Assembly: GCA_964016885.1 (NCBI GenBank)
Contig: OZ024744.1
Location: 58,652,001 to 58,716,000, forward strand
Origin: Eledone cirrhosa
Lineage: Eukaryota
Reading direction: 5' to 3'
DNA length: 64,000 bases
The position numbers and the translations under genes were made by a program. The notes beneath the pieces were generated by a model. It saw only the letters and a program-made list of their open reading frames with translations, made no database searches and was not told the DNA's origin. This document shows positions 12,837-23,100 of this stretch, in pieces; position 1 is the first letter of the stretch; each line of letters opens with the position of its first letter.

Positions 12837-14933
12837 ATGGCTACGAAAAAGAAATTTCATACGTCACTCCCACTCATTCCGTCTTCTTCTTCCTCAATCA
12901 TCACTACAGCAGAGAGAAGATTGTCTCTCTCCCTCCCTTCTTTAAATGTGTCTCTCTCCCTCCCTTCTCTTTCGCAAGCGACGAAAGAAAAGAAAAGTCT
13001 CGTGCAAAGCGTGCAAGGTTTCTCCACGACGACGACGACAGCGACGAAACAGGTGTGCGGGAAATACGAAAACCCAGTTCATTCGTCTGACGTCAGGAAT
13101 AATAGCAGTAGCAGCCGTAATAACAACAGTAACAGTGACAATGAAAACAACAGTAGCAGCCGCAACAGCATCACCAGCAGCATAAACAACAACAGCATTA
13201 GCAGCAGCAACACCAACAACAACCACAGCAACAGCGGCGGAGGCAGTAGTCGTAGTACCTGCAGCAACAACAAAAGTACCAGCAGCTCTGACGACAACAA
13301 CAACAGCAGAGAAAAACCAATCTCATTTGCAGGTATTGCGAAAAACCTGGAAACAATCCTCATAACAAATGAGGAATTAGAGGAAGCGAAGAAGATGGTG
13401 ACAAAGAACGGACACCGAGCAATCTGCAAGGCAGCGAAAAATTTTTTCGAAACCCAAGAGCACTGTACGGTCACGTACCGTACAGTAAGTACAAAATCCC
13501 GTAGGGTGGAAAGAGCCACAGAGGCCCAAATACAAAAAGCCTTGGGGTCTGTGTGGCAGAGGAAAACGCACATCACCCGAGGCAAAAAATACGCCACCGT
13601 AGACGTACTTTTTGCCACACCCCAGGAGGCAAAGGCCCAATCAGTAGTGACCCTAAGGAGCGAGGAAATGGTGTTGGTGCCCTCCTACTGCGGGCAAAAA
13701 ATTGTGAGGGTCAAACTGACCCACGTCCCCCCCGGAATGACCCCTTCTTGGCTGGCCGCGTCTGTCCTCGTCGGAATCGAGGACAAAACAACTGTACTGC
13801 AAGTACAGAAAAAAGTAAGAGAAGATTGGGTCGGCTCCTCCATTGAGATGCTAATCCAAACCAACCAGGAGTGCATCGAAGCTATCCCGGATGTGATAGA
13901 CTTCGATAACGGCACTCAACTGCCCATAAGTGTTGAGGGCAAACGCCCGAAATGCTTTCGCTGTGGATCGAAGACTCACCTCAGGGCCTTCTGCAACGAG
14001 AAGACCCTGAGAAAGGAGAAAACCCCCCTCCTCCCGAATCCGGTTCCACGGCTACCAGCAACAGGACAAGCGGCAACCAGGAACGATAGGTCCGTGGCAC
14101 CCATACCCACTCCACGGAAATCAAAGACAGCAGCAGCAGTGGAAATATTAACAACAACAACAGCAATACCAAATGCAGCTGCAACAGAGACTCCAGTGCA
14201 AACATCACCAACAACAACAAGTGAAAGAGTGGAGCTGGTACCCCTCCCCGACCTTACAGAATCAGACATGGAGTGTGAGGTGGGAGAGGGATGGCAAAAG
14301 GTCTCAAGAAGGCACAAACGCAGAAGCAGCGCATCGTCGCCTTTGAAAAGGGAGGAAAGAAATGAGAAAAGGGTAAAGTCTACTGCAAAGAGACCCACAG
14401 CAGCAACACCACCAACACCATCACCACCCACACCAGCACCACCATCACCACCGGCGACAACCCCACCGCCAACAACACCTTCAACACCACCACCACAAGC
14501 ACCAACATCGCAAACACAACAACAAAACACACACACCCAGCAACAACGACAAGAAAATAGCAGAACCACACCCCACCCCCAGAAAAACAAATGCACGGCA
14601 ATAAACACACACAACAAGAAACTAATGACTTACATAATTGAACACACAGACATTTCACAACAGGACTACATAATACCAGCACCAATCAAAACGCCAACTA
14701 ACATAAGACTGCTAAAAATAGCACAGAAACAATACACAAACATTAAAACGAAATTCCCCAACGCAGTTGGTGATTTCAGGGACCTAGGAGGAACCATTAA
14801 TCGAAGAGTATATTCAGACATTCTCTTAGAAGAGCCGACGACCAGCCGAAGGGACGATTCAACGGTCCCTTCACCAGACGATCAAGTGAAAAGGGATGTA
14901 AAAACCATCCCTCCTCTACCAAAAATACGGTAA
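12837..14933 (+). CDS. ORF1 nucleic-acid-binding (gag-like) protein, ~698 aa
   Basis: ATG in aaacATGg context (the track start at 12804 is a TTG). S/N-rich N-terminus, CFRCGSKTHLRAFC (CX2CX4HX4C) knuckle, P/T-rich linker, conserved C-terminal block. Confidence 0.9.
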   Translation: MATKKKFHTSLPLIPSSSSSIITTAERRLSLSLPSLNVSLSLPSLSQATKEKKSLVQSVQGFSTTTTTATKQVCGKYENPVHSSDVRNNSSSSRNNNSNSDNENNSSSRNSITSSINNNSISSSNTNNNHSNSGGGSSRSTCSNNKSTSSSDDNNNSREKPISFAGIAKNLETILITNEELEEAKKMVTKNGHRAICKAAKNFFETQEHCTVTYRTVSTKSRRVERATEAQIQKALGSVWQRKTHITRGKKYATVDVLFATPQEAKAQSVVTLRSEEMVLVPSYCGQKIVRVKLTHVPPGMTPSWLAASVLVGIEDKTTVLQVQKKVREDWVGSSIEMLIQTNQECIEAIPDVIDFDNGTQLPISVEGKRPKCFRCGSKTHLRAFCNEKTLRKEKTPLLPNPVPRLPATGQAATRNDRSVAPIPTPRKSKTAAAVEILTTTTAIPNAAATETPVQTSPTTTSERVELVPLPDLTESDMECEVGEGWQKVSRRHKRRSSASSPLKREERNEKRVKSTAKRPTAATPPTPSPPTPAPPSPPATTPPPTTPSTPPPQAPTSQTQQQNTHTQQQRQENSRTTPHPQKNKCTAINTHNKKLMTYIIEHTDISQQDYIIPAPIKTPTNIRLLKIAQKQYTNIKTKFPNAVGDFRDLGGTINRRVYSDILLEEPTTSRRDDSTVPSPDDQVKRDVKTIPPLPKIR

Positions 14934-14968
14934 GTGGTCTTTCCCATCTTTTCCACTCTATTTTAAAC

Positions 14969-17900
14969 ATGACCTCACTCAGAATAGGCAGCATAAATGC
15001 GCGTGGCTTGGGGTCGTCATGGAAGCAGGGTCACCTGCTCAACGACCTCAGGTCACTAAACATAGATGTAGTGGCCATCAGCGAGACCAGAATCTCCGAA
15101 GCACGGGCCTTCGCACCGATCTTCGGCGGCTACGATGTGTACGCATCTCCCAGCCGTCCTGGATCCGGTGGAGGAGTTGCTGTACTTTTTCGGAGAGGTT
15201 TGGATCTCGCCATACGGGCCATCTTCCTGGACCCAGAGGGTAAGCTGGTGGTGCTGGACGTGACCAGCGGAGACGGGCAAGCTTTCAGGCTAGTGGCCGT
15301 CTATGCCCCGACAGGAGCAGGGCGGCCTGATTTCTTCCGGCGTCTGGAGACCTTTCTTGGAACGTCCCGCTCTTTAGTGTTAGTGGGCGACTGGAACGGG
15401 ATCTTAGATGCACGCTGGGACTGTGTGGGATTAGCGGATAGGGGTGGAGGGTGCAAGAGCCTCACCAACCTGCTCAGGCGTTTTGAACTGTCTGACAGGT
15501 ACCGATTGGATTTCCCGAATGTGCCAATGTGGACTTGGACAAACCGCATAGGGTCATCCAGATCATATCTAGATAGAGTATTTTGTAGGGAAATAGATAG
15601 GTCTAGCATAGGCTGTCCACAATTCAAGATAGTCAGCTACACGGACCACAAATTCGTGACCTGTGTGCTTGACTTAGATAGGCTTCATAGACGAGGACCC
15701 GGCTACTGGAAGCTAAACGCGTCCTTACCAGCGCGCAAGGCCTACAGAGACCGGATTAGCGAACTAGTTAAGCGGGCGTTGACGGGGGCCATCGTCAACA
15801 ACAAGTGGTGGTTTGCTCTGAAAAGAGCGATTAGAATAGAATCGATTAGGTTTAGTAAGGCTTTAGCAATAGAGAAAAATAGAGCAGAGGGAGAACTAGT
15901 TAGAAAATTAGACGAGGCGCTTAGCAAAGGCATTGCGACCGACGTGCTTGCGGCGAAATTGGCCCTTGACCAATTCTTCAATGCAAAGCACGAAGGCTGC
16001 GTTGTCAGAGCTAGGGTGCGTGCTCTCAGACACGAGGGGACGAAAGCCGTTCAATGGGCCCGAGTGGCGGAGGCGCGTCGTGGCAACAAAGCCACGATCC
16101 GGTCTTTGGTGGACCACGACGGGCGCATGCTACTCGATCCCGGGCAAATGTGTGAAGCTTTTCAGCGACACTTCGCTCAGCTGTTCGGGGGCAGCGGGGG
16201 GCCGGGTAGAGGGATGGACTTTAGTGTCTACCTCGACGGGCTGCCGCGGCTCTCGGCCACTGAGGCGAGGTGTTGCGAAAAGCCGATAACAGCCGCTGAA
16301 GTACGGGAGGCAATGACTGGCTGCACAAGGGGTAAATCGCCTGGTTTGGATGGTCTGCCCTATGAACTTTACGTACAGATGCCAGACTTGTTCGGAGGCC
16401 TCTTGGCGGACGTCTACTGCAACTGGCAACAGAACGGGAGAATTCCCAGTTCTGTGAGCCGAGGAGCGGTGGCACTGCTGAGAAAGGATCCGAACAAGGG
16501 GGATAACATAGACAATTTCCGGCCCATAACTCTGCTAAACACAGAGTTTAAGATTTTGGCCAAGGTGCTAGCAAAGAGGTTGGCGCTTGTCGTTGGTGGT
16601 CTGGTGGGAGAGGCGCAGACATGCGCCATTCCCGACAGATCCATCCACGACAACCTCCACCTCATGCGATACATCGTAGAGAGGGTAGCTAGGGAACCTG
16701 GCACGGGTGGGTCCTTGATCAATTTAGATCAGTCGAAAGCTTTCGATAGGGTCGACCATCGTTACCTAGCGGCAGTCCTGAGGGCGGCTGGCTTTGGGCC
16801 CGTCTTCAGAGGCTGGATCGCTGCCATGCACAGCGACATCTGCTCTGTGGTGAGAGTGAACGGTCACCTGTCGGAACCGTTCAACATCATGCGCTCGGTC
16901 CGCCAAGGATGTCCCCTCTCGTCCCTCTTGTACGTATTGACTCTCGAGCCATTACTGCACAAACTGGAGACGTTGAGGGGAGTCCCGCGCGAACTAGGAT
17001 GCGGAAGATCCGTGTCAGCATATGCGGACGATGTCACCGTAGTGGTGTCGAACGCCAAACACATCGAGGCGATCGGCACTACACTAAGAGAATACGAAGC
17101 GGTGACAGGAGCAATGATCAACCAGGAAAAGTCAGTGGGCCTGCAGCTCGGCACCTGGAGAGGCAGGTCCATGCCGTCCAACAGCGTCGTCGGGCGCTGG
17201 ACGGACGGACCGGTTAAATTGCTAGGGGTCTGGTTCGGTCCGGACCTCCAGACGGACAAAAACTGGGACGAGGTGACGAGCAGGGTGGCTTCTCTCACCC
17301 AGAAATGGGCGGAGAGGAAGCTATCCCTGAAAGGTCGAGCGGAGGTGGCTAACGCGTACATCGCGTCTGTCATCTGCTACCGCCTAACCGTCGTACCTTG
17401 TCCTAAGCCTCGCCTGACTGCGCTGGAGCGTTTGCTCTTTCGCTTTTTGTGGAAGGGACGTGCTCCGATGGTCAGGCGGTCCATCTGTTGTCAACACCCG
17501 CTACGTGGAGGGCTGGGCATGCCGTGGCTGATGATGCGCAGGCACGCGCTCAGGCTACGACATCTCCACCTCTTCCTCGACGGTGATCAGGTGTGGTCGC
17601 CGTTTGCTAGACGCGTTTTTCCCCAGCTCGTTTCCTTGACGGAGCTGCAGTCCTGGGTCAAGCGAAGACCGAGAGGGAGCGCCTGGAGACTGGAATGTCT
17701 TCAGGCGCTCACAGCCCTCGACCAATCGGGCAATGTGATCGGTGGAAACTCCACCTCGGCGTTCTATAGAGGATTAGTGGAGGGGAAGAGCGACGACGTA
17801 CTTGGGGAAACTCTAGGCGTCGACGAAAATCAACTAGCCAATCTCTTCGGAAGAACTTTCGGGCCGGGACCTATGGACAACTTCCAGAAATCTCTGGCCT

Positions 17901-18388
17901 GGCAGTGCTACCGAGGAGCCTTGCCAGTTCGGGATAAACTCTACAGGCATGGAGGTGCCGTCAGCCGGGCATGTCCGAGATGCGCGCAGGGCGACGAAAC
18001 CGTCCTGCACGCACTCGTCCAGTGTCCGAAAATTGCTGACTTGTGGGTTTATGTCGAACACCTGCTGTCGCGTTTAGGACGGATCCAGCTATCATCTGAG
18101 TCTATCGTGAGGATTGCCCCGCCCTCCTCCTTTAGCCGGGAAGGGCAGGCAGTTTTTATCTGTCTGGTGGCCATGGCGAAAGAGATAGTATGGTGGACAC
18201 GTTTGAAAGGGCTGAAGACGAGCACTTACCTCTTCGGTGATGCTCTGATTGACTTTTTCAAATTTCATTTGAAAAGGAAAATCAGAGTAGAGAAGGAAGT
18301 GCTCTCTTCCCAGCATTTTGTTGAAAGATGGGTGAGAGAAGCAAGAATGGCCCGAGTGAATGGGCCGACTCTGAGTATATATCTGTAA
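14969..18388 (+). CDS. ORF2: APE endonuclease, reverse transcriptase and C-terminal Cys/His finger, 1139 aa
   Basis: APE motifs GSINARGL, VAISET, VYAP, GDWN, YLDRVF, TDH. RT motifs KSPGLDGL, NFRPITLLN, DQSKAFDRV, RQGCPLS, YADD. CPRC..ETVLHALVQC finger. The PGYWKLN and LSLKGR motifs are typical of L1/Tx1. Confidence 0.96.
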   Translation: MTSLRIGSINARGLGSSWKQGHLLNDLRSLNIDVVAISETRISEARAFAPIFGGYDVYASPSRPGSGGGVAVLFRRGLDLAIRAIFLDPEGKLVVLDVTSGDGQAFRLVAVYAPTGAGRPDFFRRLETFLGTSRSLVLVGDWNGILDARWDCVGLADRGGGCKSLTNLLRRFELSDRYRLDFPNVPMWTWTNRIGSSRSYLDRVFCREIDRSSIGCPQFKIVSYTDHKFVTCVLDLDRLHRRGPGYWKLNASLPARKAYRDRISELVKRALTGAIVNNKWWFALKRAIRIESIRFSKALAIEKNRAEGELVRKLDEALSKGIATDVLAAKLALDQFFNAKHEGCVVRARVRALRHEGTKAVQWARVAEARRGNKATIRSLVDHDGRMLLDPGQMCEAFQRHFAQLFGGSGGPGRGMDFSVYLDGLPRLSATEARCCEKPITAAEVREAMTGCTRGKSPGLDGLPYELYVQMPDLFGGLLADVYCNWQQNGRIPSSVSRGAVALLRKDPNKGDNIDNFRPITLLNTEFKILAKVLAKRLALVVGGLVGEAQTCAIPDRSIHDNLHLMRYIVERVAREPGTGGSLINLDQSKAFDRVDHRYLAAVLRAAGFGPVFRGWIAAMHSDICSVVRVNGHLSEPFNIMRSVRQGCPLSSLLYVLTLEPLLHKLETLRGVPRELGCGRSVSAYADDVTVVVSNAKHIEAIGTTLREYEAVTGAMINQEKSVGLQLGTWRGRSMPSNSVVGRWTDGPVKLLGVWFGPDLQTDKNWDEVTSRVASLTQKWAERKLSLKGRAEVANAYIASVICYRLTVVPCPKPRLTALERLLFRFLWKGRAPMVRRSICCQHPLRGGLGMPWLMMRRHALRLRHLHLFLDGDQVWSPFARRVFPQLVSLTELQSWVKRRPRGSAWRLECLQALTALDQSGNVIGGNSTSAFYRGLVEGKSDDVLGETLGVDENQLANLFGRTFGPGPMDNFQKSLAWQCYRGALPVRDKLYRHGGAVSRACPRCAQGDETVLHALVQCPKIADLWVYVEHLLSRLGRIQLSSESIVRIAPPSSFSREGQAVFICLVAMAKEIVWWTRLKGLKTSTYLFGDALIDFFKFHLKRKIRVEKEVLSSQHFVERWVREARMARVNGPTLSIYL

Positions 18389-18648
18389 ACTAAAGGTGGA
18401 AAACTGGGAGAGGGCACTTGCCTTGGTGGTCAGGGTCATTGTGGCTTTTTACTGGGCTTTCTCCACAAATGTCCCTCCGAAGTCTCCCCCCTATTGGGGA
18501 ATTTTTCATTGTTATTTTCATTGTTATTTTTGTTACATCCTCTATTTTTGTTTTTTTACACGCAGAAATGCCCATTTGTACCGTCCTGCATTGTCCTGCA
18601 CTGTCCTTAATGTCTACTTTATGTAAACCCTTGTGGTTAATAAAGAAA

Positions 18649-18686
<38 letters not shown>

Positions 18687-18880
18687 TGCTAAAAGGTGGG
18701 TGAATGTAGCATAAATGGTCCGCGTGAATGGTCCTACTCTATGTATGTAGGCTGGTTAACTTGGGGAGAAGAGGGATGCCCTCCCGAATGCCCACGAAGC
18801 TCAATCTTACTGTAAACGCCCGCTGTCCTTGTCTTTGTATTTTCCCCTACATGTCGGCATTGTGGCCATTAAATGAAATC
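18687..18880 (+). mobile_element. 3' fragment of a diverged Tx1 family (C)
   Basis: FAKRWVNVA*MVRVNGPTL resembles the ORF2 end. Terminus tgtggccattaaatgaaatc matches 25793-25861. Followed by (GTA)n at 18884-18931. Confidence 0.75.
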
Positions 18881-18883
18881 ATG

Positions 18884-18932
<49 letters not shown>

Positions 18933-19661
18933 AAATTTCTCTAATGGAGGGAGAGGGGTGATGGTAAATATTTATAAATTGTCTCTTGTCTCAAAGTATG
19001 CTTATAAAATGGAATCCGGCAAAAATGTCACAAGAAAATTTCAATAAACGACTGATTTGATGTTTTGTTTTTGTTTCATTGTTATATTTAAGATATTAAG
19101 TAAAACGTGATTTTATTTTCACACATACATGCAATGTCATTATATAAACTATGTTGTCATTGTGTACATGTCGGATACAGTCAGTTAATGAGCTACTTAA
19201 ATTATTTGTTTAATTATTTTAACTATTACTCATGTTTGTTTGTTTTTTAATGAAATGTGACATTTTCCCTGTTGCCTGTTTTTTCATCCCTGTTTTTTTT
19301 GTTTTTTTTGTAAATATATTTACTGTAAATTTATTTCTGTTCATCTGTTGGCGCAGTTGACCGTTTTTCGTTAGCAAAAAAACAATTTCCTTTCGTTATA
19401 CTCTTACCCGTATGGGACAACTTTAAAAAAAAAAACTCATTTTCTTATATATATGTGTGTGTGTGTGTGTATTGTATGTATAAATTAAAATTTAAGCACA
19501 GAATTGCAGCTTCCACCCATATAAATATTTGCTCTACTGGTTTATATATATATATATACATATATAGTCCAAGAATAAACAAGACTTTCACAGAGATGCA
19601 AAAACAGAAAGTCTTATTAGTTTCATGCTTGGGAAGAAGTAAATGACAGTTAAAACGTATC

Positions 19662-19725
<64 letters not shown>

Positions 19726-19958
19726 AATGTAACGTCCAGTTACTGTAGGTTCACCAGAATGAACACTCGATGCATAGTTTCCAGTAAATATAGAAATATA
19801 GAGGTGCATTACCACAACAGAGGTCTGACAAGCTTTTGACTCCAGAATCGGGTTAGATCGATACAGATCGAACCTTGAGTTTATCAATAGCGAAACGCGC
19901 GTCTCTACTCAATAGACGTAATGAAGACATAACAAATCGTCTTTATTATTATTATTTA

Positions 19959-20153
19959 CTAGCTGGCCCGCCCGGCTAGGTATACCGGCATTCTATCTTT
20001 TCAGGAATCCCCCCTACACTCCAGTGCAAAGATATCGCAGGCCCTCTCAAGTCAGCGGGGAGGGGGGGGGGGGGGGTAGCGCGTGCTCTGATGTTGGGTT
20101 TTTATAGTTTTTAGGATTCCCCAGTTCAGCATCCAGTACGTTAAAGAAAATTG
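19959..20153 (-). mobile_element. Putative non-autonomous Helitron-like element
   Basis: The minus strand ends with a GC-rich hairpin (ccgg..ccgg) then CTAG|T; an A|TC is available at the other end. Confidence 0.45.
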
Positions 20154-20159
20154 ATAGTT

Positions 20160-23100
20160 ACAACAATAAAGGCTGAACAGAGAACACATTTTTTAACTAA
20201 CAATAATTTGTACAACCATAATGGAAATTCCAAGTAACAGAAAATACATAAATTACATTGTTAGAGCCTCAGAGTATACAATATTTTTTGTTCGACCCTC
20301 GGGAGCAAAGATGAAGAAATTGTTTGGCGAGCTCACCCTAGAGCATCCTACATACAATTGACCATGGGAGAAGCATTGATTTCATAGCTCGTCTCACGGA
20401 GAAGCTCTGTAGACGTTGACCTCTGGACACTCCTGTCAGGAGCAGGTAAGCTGTAGTGACTTAGAGGCCTACCACCAATCTCCAAGACACTGTTTTCAAG
20501 ACATGGTGCCTCTGAAAAAGGGACCATCTCTTTTGCAAAGGTGGTTCGCAACGTAGAAACAATCATGATAACAGAGGAGGAGATGGCGGTCGCAAGACAC
20601 ATGGTAACCAGAACTGAATTTTCAGTGTCCTTGAAACCACCAACCGACTTCCTGGAGGAACAAGAGCGACGCACAGTGCCGTACCGCACGATTGCCACGA
20701 AATCGTGTCGTGTGGAGAGAGCCTCGGAGGCCCAAATCCAGAAAGCTTTGGGAACTGTGTGGACACGGAAAACCCGCATCACCTGTGGCAAGAAATATGC
20801 TACTGTGGACGTCCTTTTTGCTACCACCCAGGAAGCAAAATCGCACTCACTAAGGACCCTACGAAGTGATGACATAACATTAGTCCCGTTTTACTGCGGG
20901 AAAAAAGTTGCAACGGTCAAGGTAACCCAGGTCCCGCCCTACGTACCCCTGCCTTGGCTGGTCGTGTCTGTTCTTGCGGCATCGAGGATAGAACAACCAA
21001 TCTGCAGGTACAGAAGTTGGGGAGAGAGGACTGGCCCGGTATTGGAATGGAGATGCTCATCCAAACCGACCAGGGCTGCATCAGTGCTATTCCCGACGTA
21101 ATAGACCTCGGGAATAGCTCCCAACTTCCCAGATCTGTTGAAGGAAGGCGCCCAAAATGCTTCAACTGTGGATCAAAGTCTCACATCAGAGCTTTCTGCC
21201 CACAGAAAATAACAAAGCCCAAGGTCCCCCTCCTTCAAACGCCGGAACTGCTGCCATCAGAAACAGAGCAGTCAGCGAAAAAGTCAGGAGCTTCTACAGA
21301 GAGTGGGAAGACAACGTCCGTGGCTCCCACACCAAAACCACGGACAACAAAATCAGTGATGGCAGCTGCAGCAACAGAAACAGATGCACTAGCTGCACCT
21401 GTGCCAGGAGCAGCAAACTAGGCTCCATCACCACCACCACCACCAACAACAACAACAAAAACAAAGACAAATGAGAGGGTAGAACTCATACCCCTCCTCG
21501 ACCTCTCACAGTCGGACATGGAGTCTGAGGCGGCTGAGGAGAGGAAAGCGGTTGGCTACAAAAAAAAAACCAAAAAAAAAAACCGAAAAACACCACAGCT
21601 CCTCTCTCCAAACCGAAGGCAAAGAAGAATAAAGACTGCAAGGAGACTTGCAGAAACACCACCAAAATCACCATCACCACCACAAGCATCAACACCAACA
21701 ACAACCACACCACCACCAGCATCCCCCAAAACACCAACATCACAAACACAACAAACCACACATACCCAACAGCAATAACAAGAAAACAGCAACAAAACCA
21801 GCCCTCTCCCCAAAAGCCATAAACATTGCACACCACGGACTAATGGAACACATAAAACACCACACCGATATTTCAGACGTAAATTACCACACACCACCAA
21901 CACCAAGAACATTAGCAAAAAACATTAACATTGTAGAAATTGAACTCGAAAACTACAAACAATTAAAACAAAAATTCCCCAACGCAGTTGGGGATTTCAG
22001 GGGCTCACTCTCCTAAAGAATATACAAAGATATCGTCTTGGAGACACCCATGACCAGACGAGGGAACGGTTCTACTGTCCCTTCCCCACACGATCAAGGT
22101 AAGTGATCCTTTCTCACTTACCCCGTTTCTCATCCAACATGGTCGTACTTAGAATAGGCAGTATAAATGTACGTGGTCTGGGGTCATCTTGGAAGCAGGG
22201 TCAACTGCTCAACGACCTCAGGTCACTAAATATAGATGTGGTGGCCATCAGCAAGACCAGAATCTCCGAAGCACGAGCCTTCGCACCGATCTTCCGCGGC
22301 TACGATGTATTCGCATCTCCCAGCCGTCCAGGATCGGGGGGGGGGGGGGTGCCGTGCTTTTTCGGAGAGGCTTGGATCGCCATACGGGCCATCTTCCTGG
22401 ACCCAGAAGGTACGTCGGTGGTGCTGGACGTGGCAGCGAAGGCAATGCTTTCTGGCTAGTAGCCGTCTACGCCCCAACAGGAGCAGGATGGCCAGATTTC
22501 TTCAGACGTCTAGAGACCTTTCTTGGAACGTCCCGCTCTTTAGTGTTAGTGGGCGACTGGAACGGTATCTTAGATGCACGCTGGGATTATGTGGGGTTAG
22601 TATACAGGGAAGGGGGGTGTAAAAGCCTCAACAACTTGCTCAGACGTTTTGAACTGTCTGACAGGTATAGACTGGATTATCCGAATGTGCCAATGTGGAC
22701 ATGGGCAAACCGCATCGGGTTATCCAGATCGTATCTAGATAGGGTATTCTGTAGGGAAACAGATAAGGCTAGTGTAGGTTGTCCACTTTTTAAAGTAGTC
22801 GACTACACGGACCACAAATTTGTGATCTGTGAAGTTGACTTCGATAGACTCTATAGGCAAGGGCCCGGCTACTGGAAGCTGAACGCGTCGTTCTCGGCGC
22901 GCAAGGCTTACAGAGACCTGATTTGCGAATTAGTTAAGCTTGCGTTGACGAGTGCGATCGTCAACAACAGGTGGTGGTTTACCCTGAAAAGGGCTATTAG
23001 AGTAGAATCGATAAGGTTTAGCAAAGGAGTAGTGATAGAGGAAAATAGAGTAGAAGGAGAGTTAGTTAGAAAGCTAGAAGAGTCGTTTAGGATAGGCATC

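Larger units (their letters stand above)
12624..18650 (+). mobile_element. Intact full-length Tx1/L1-clade non-LTR retrotransposon, family A (copy 2)
   Basis: ~210-nt 5'UTR, two open ORFs 35 nt apart, 3'UTR with AATAAA at 18639-18644; (ATT)n on both flanks. Confidence 0.96.
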
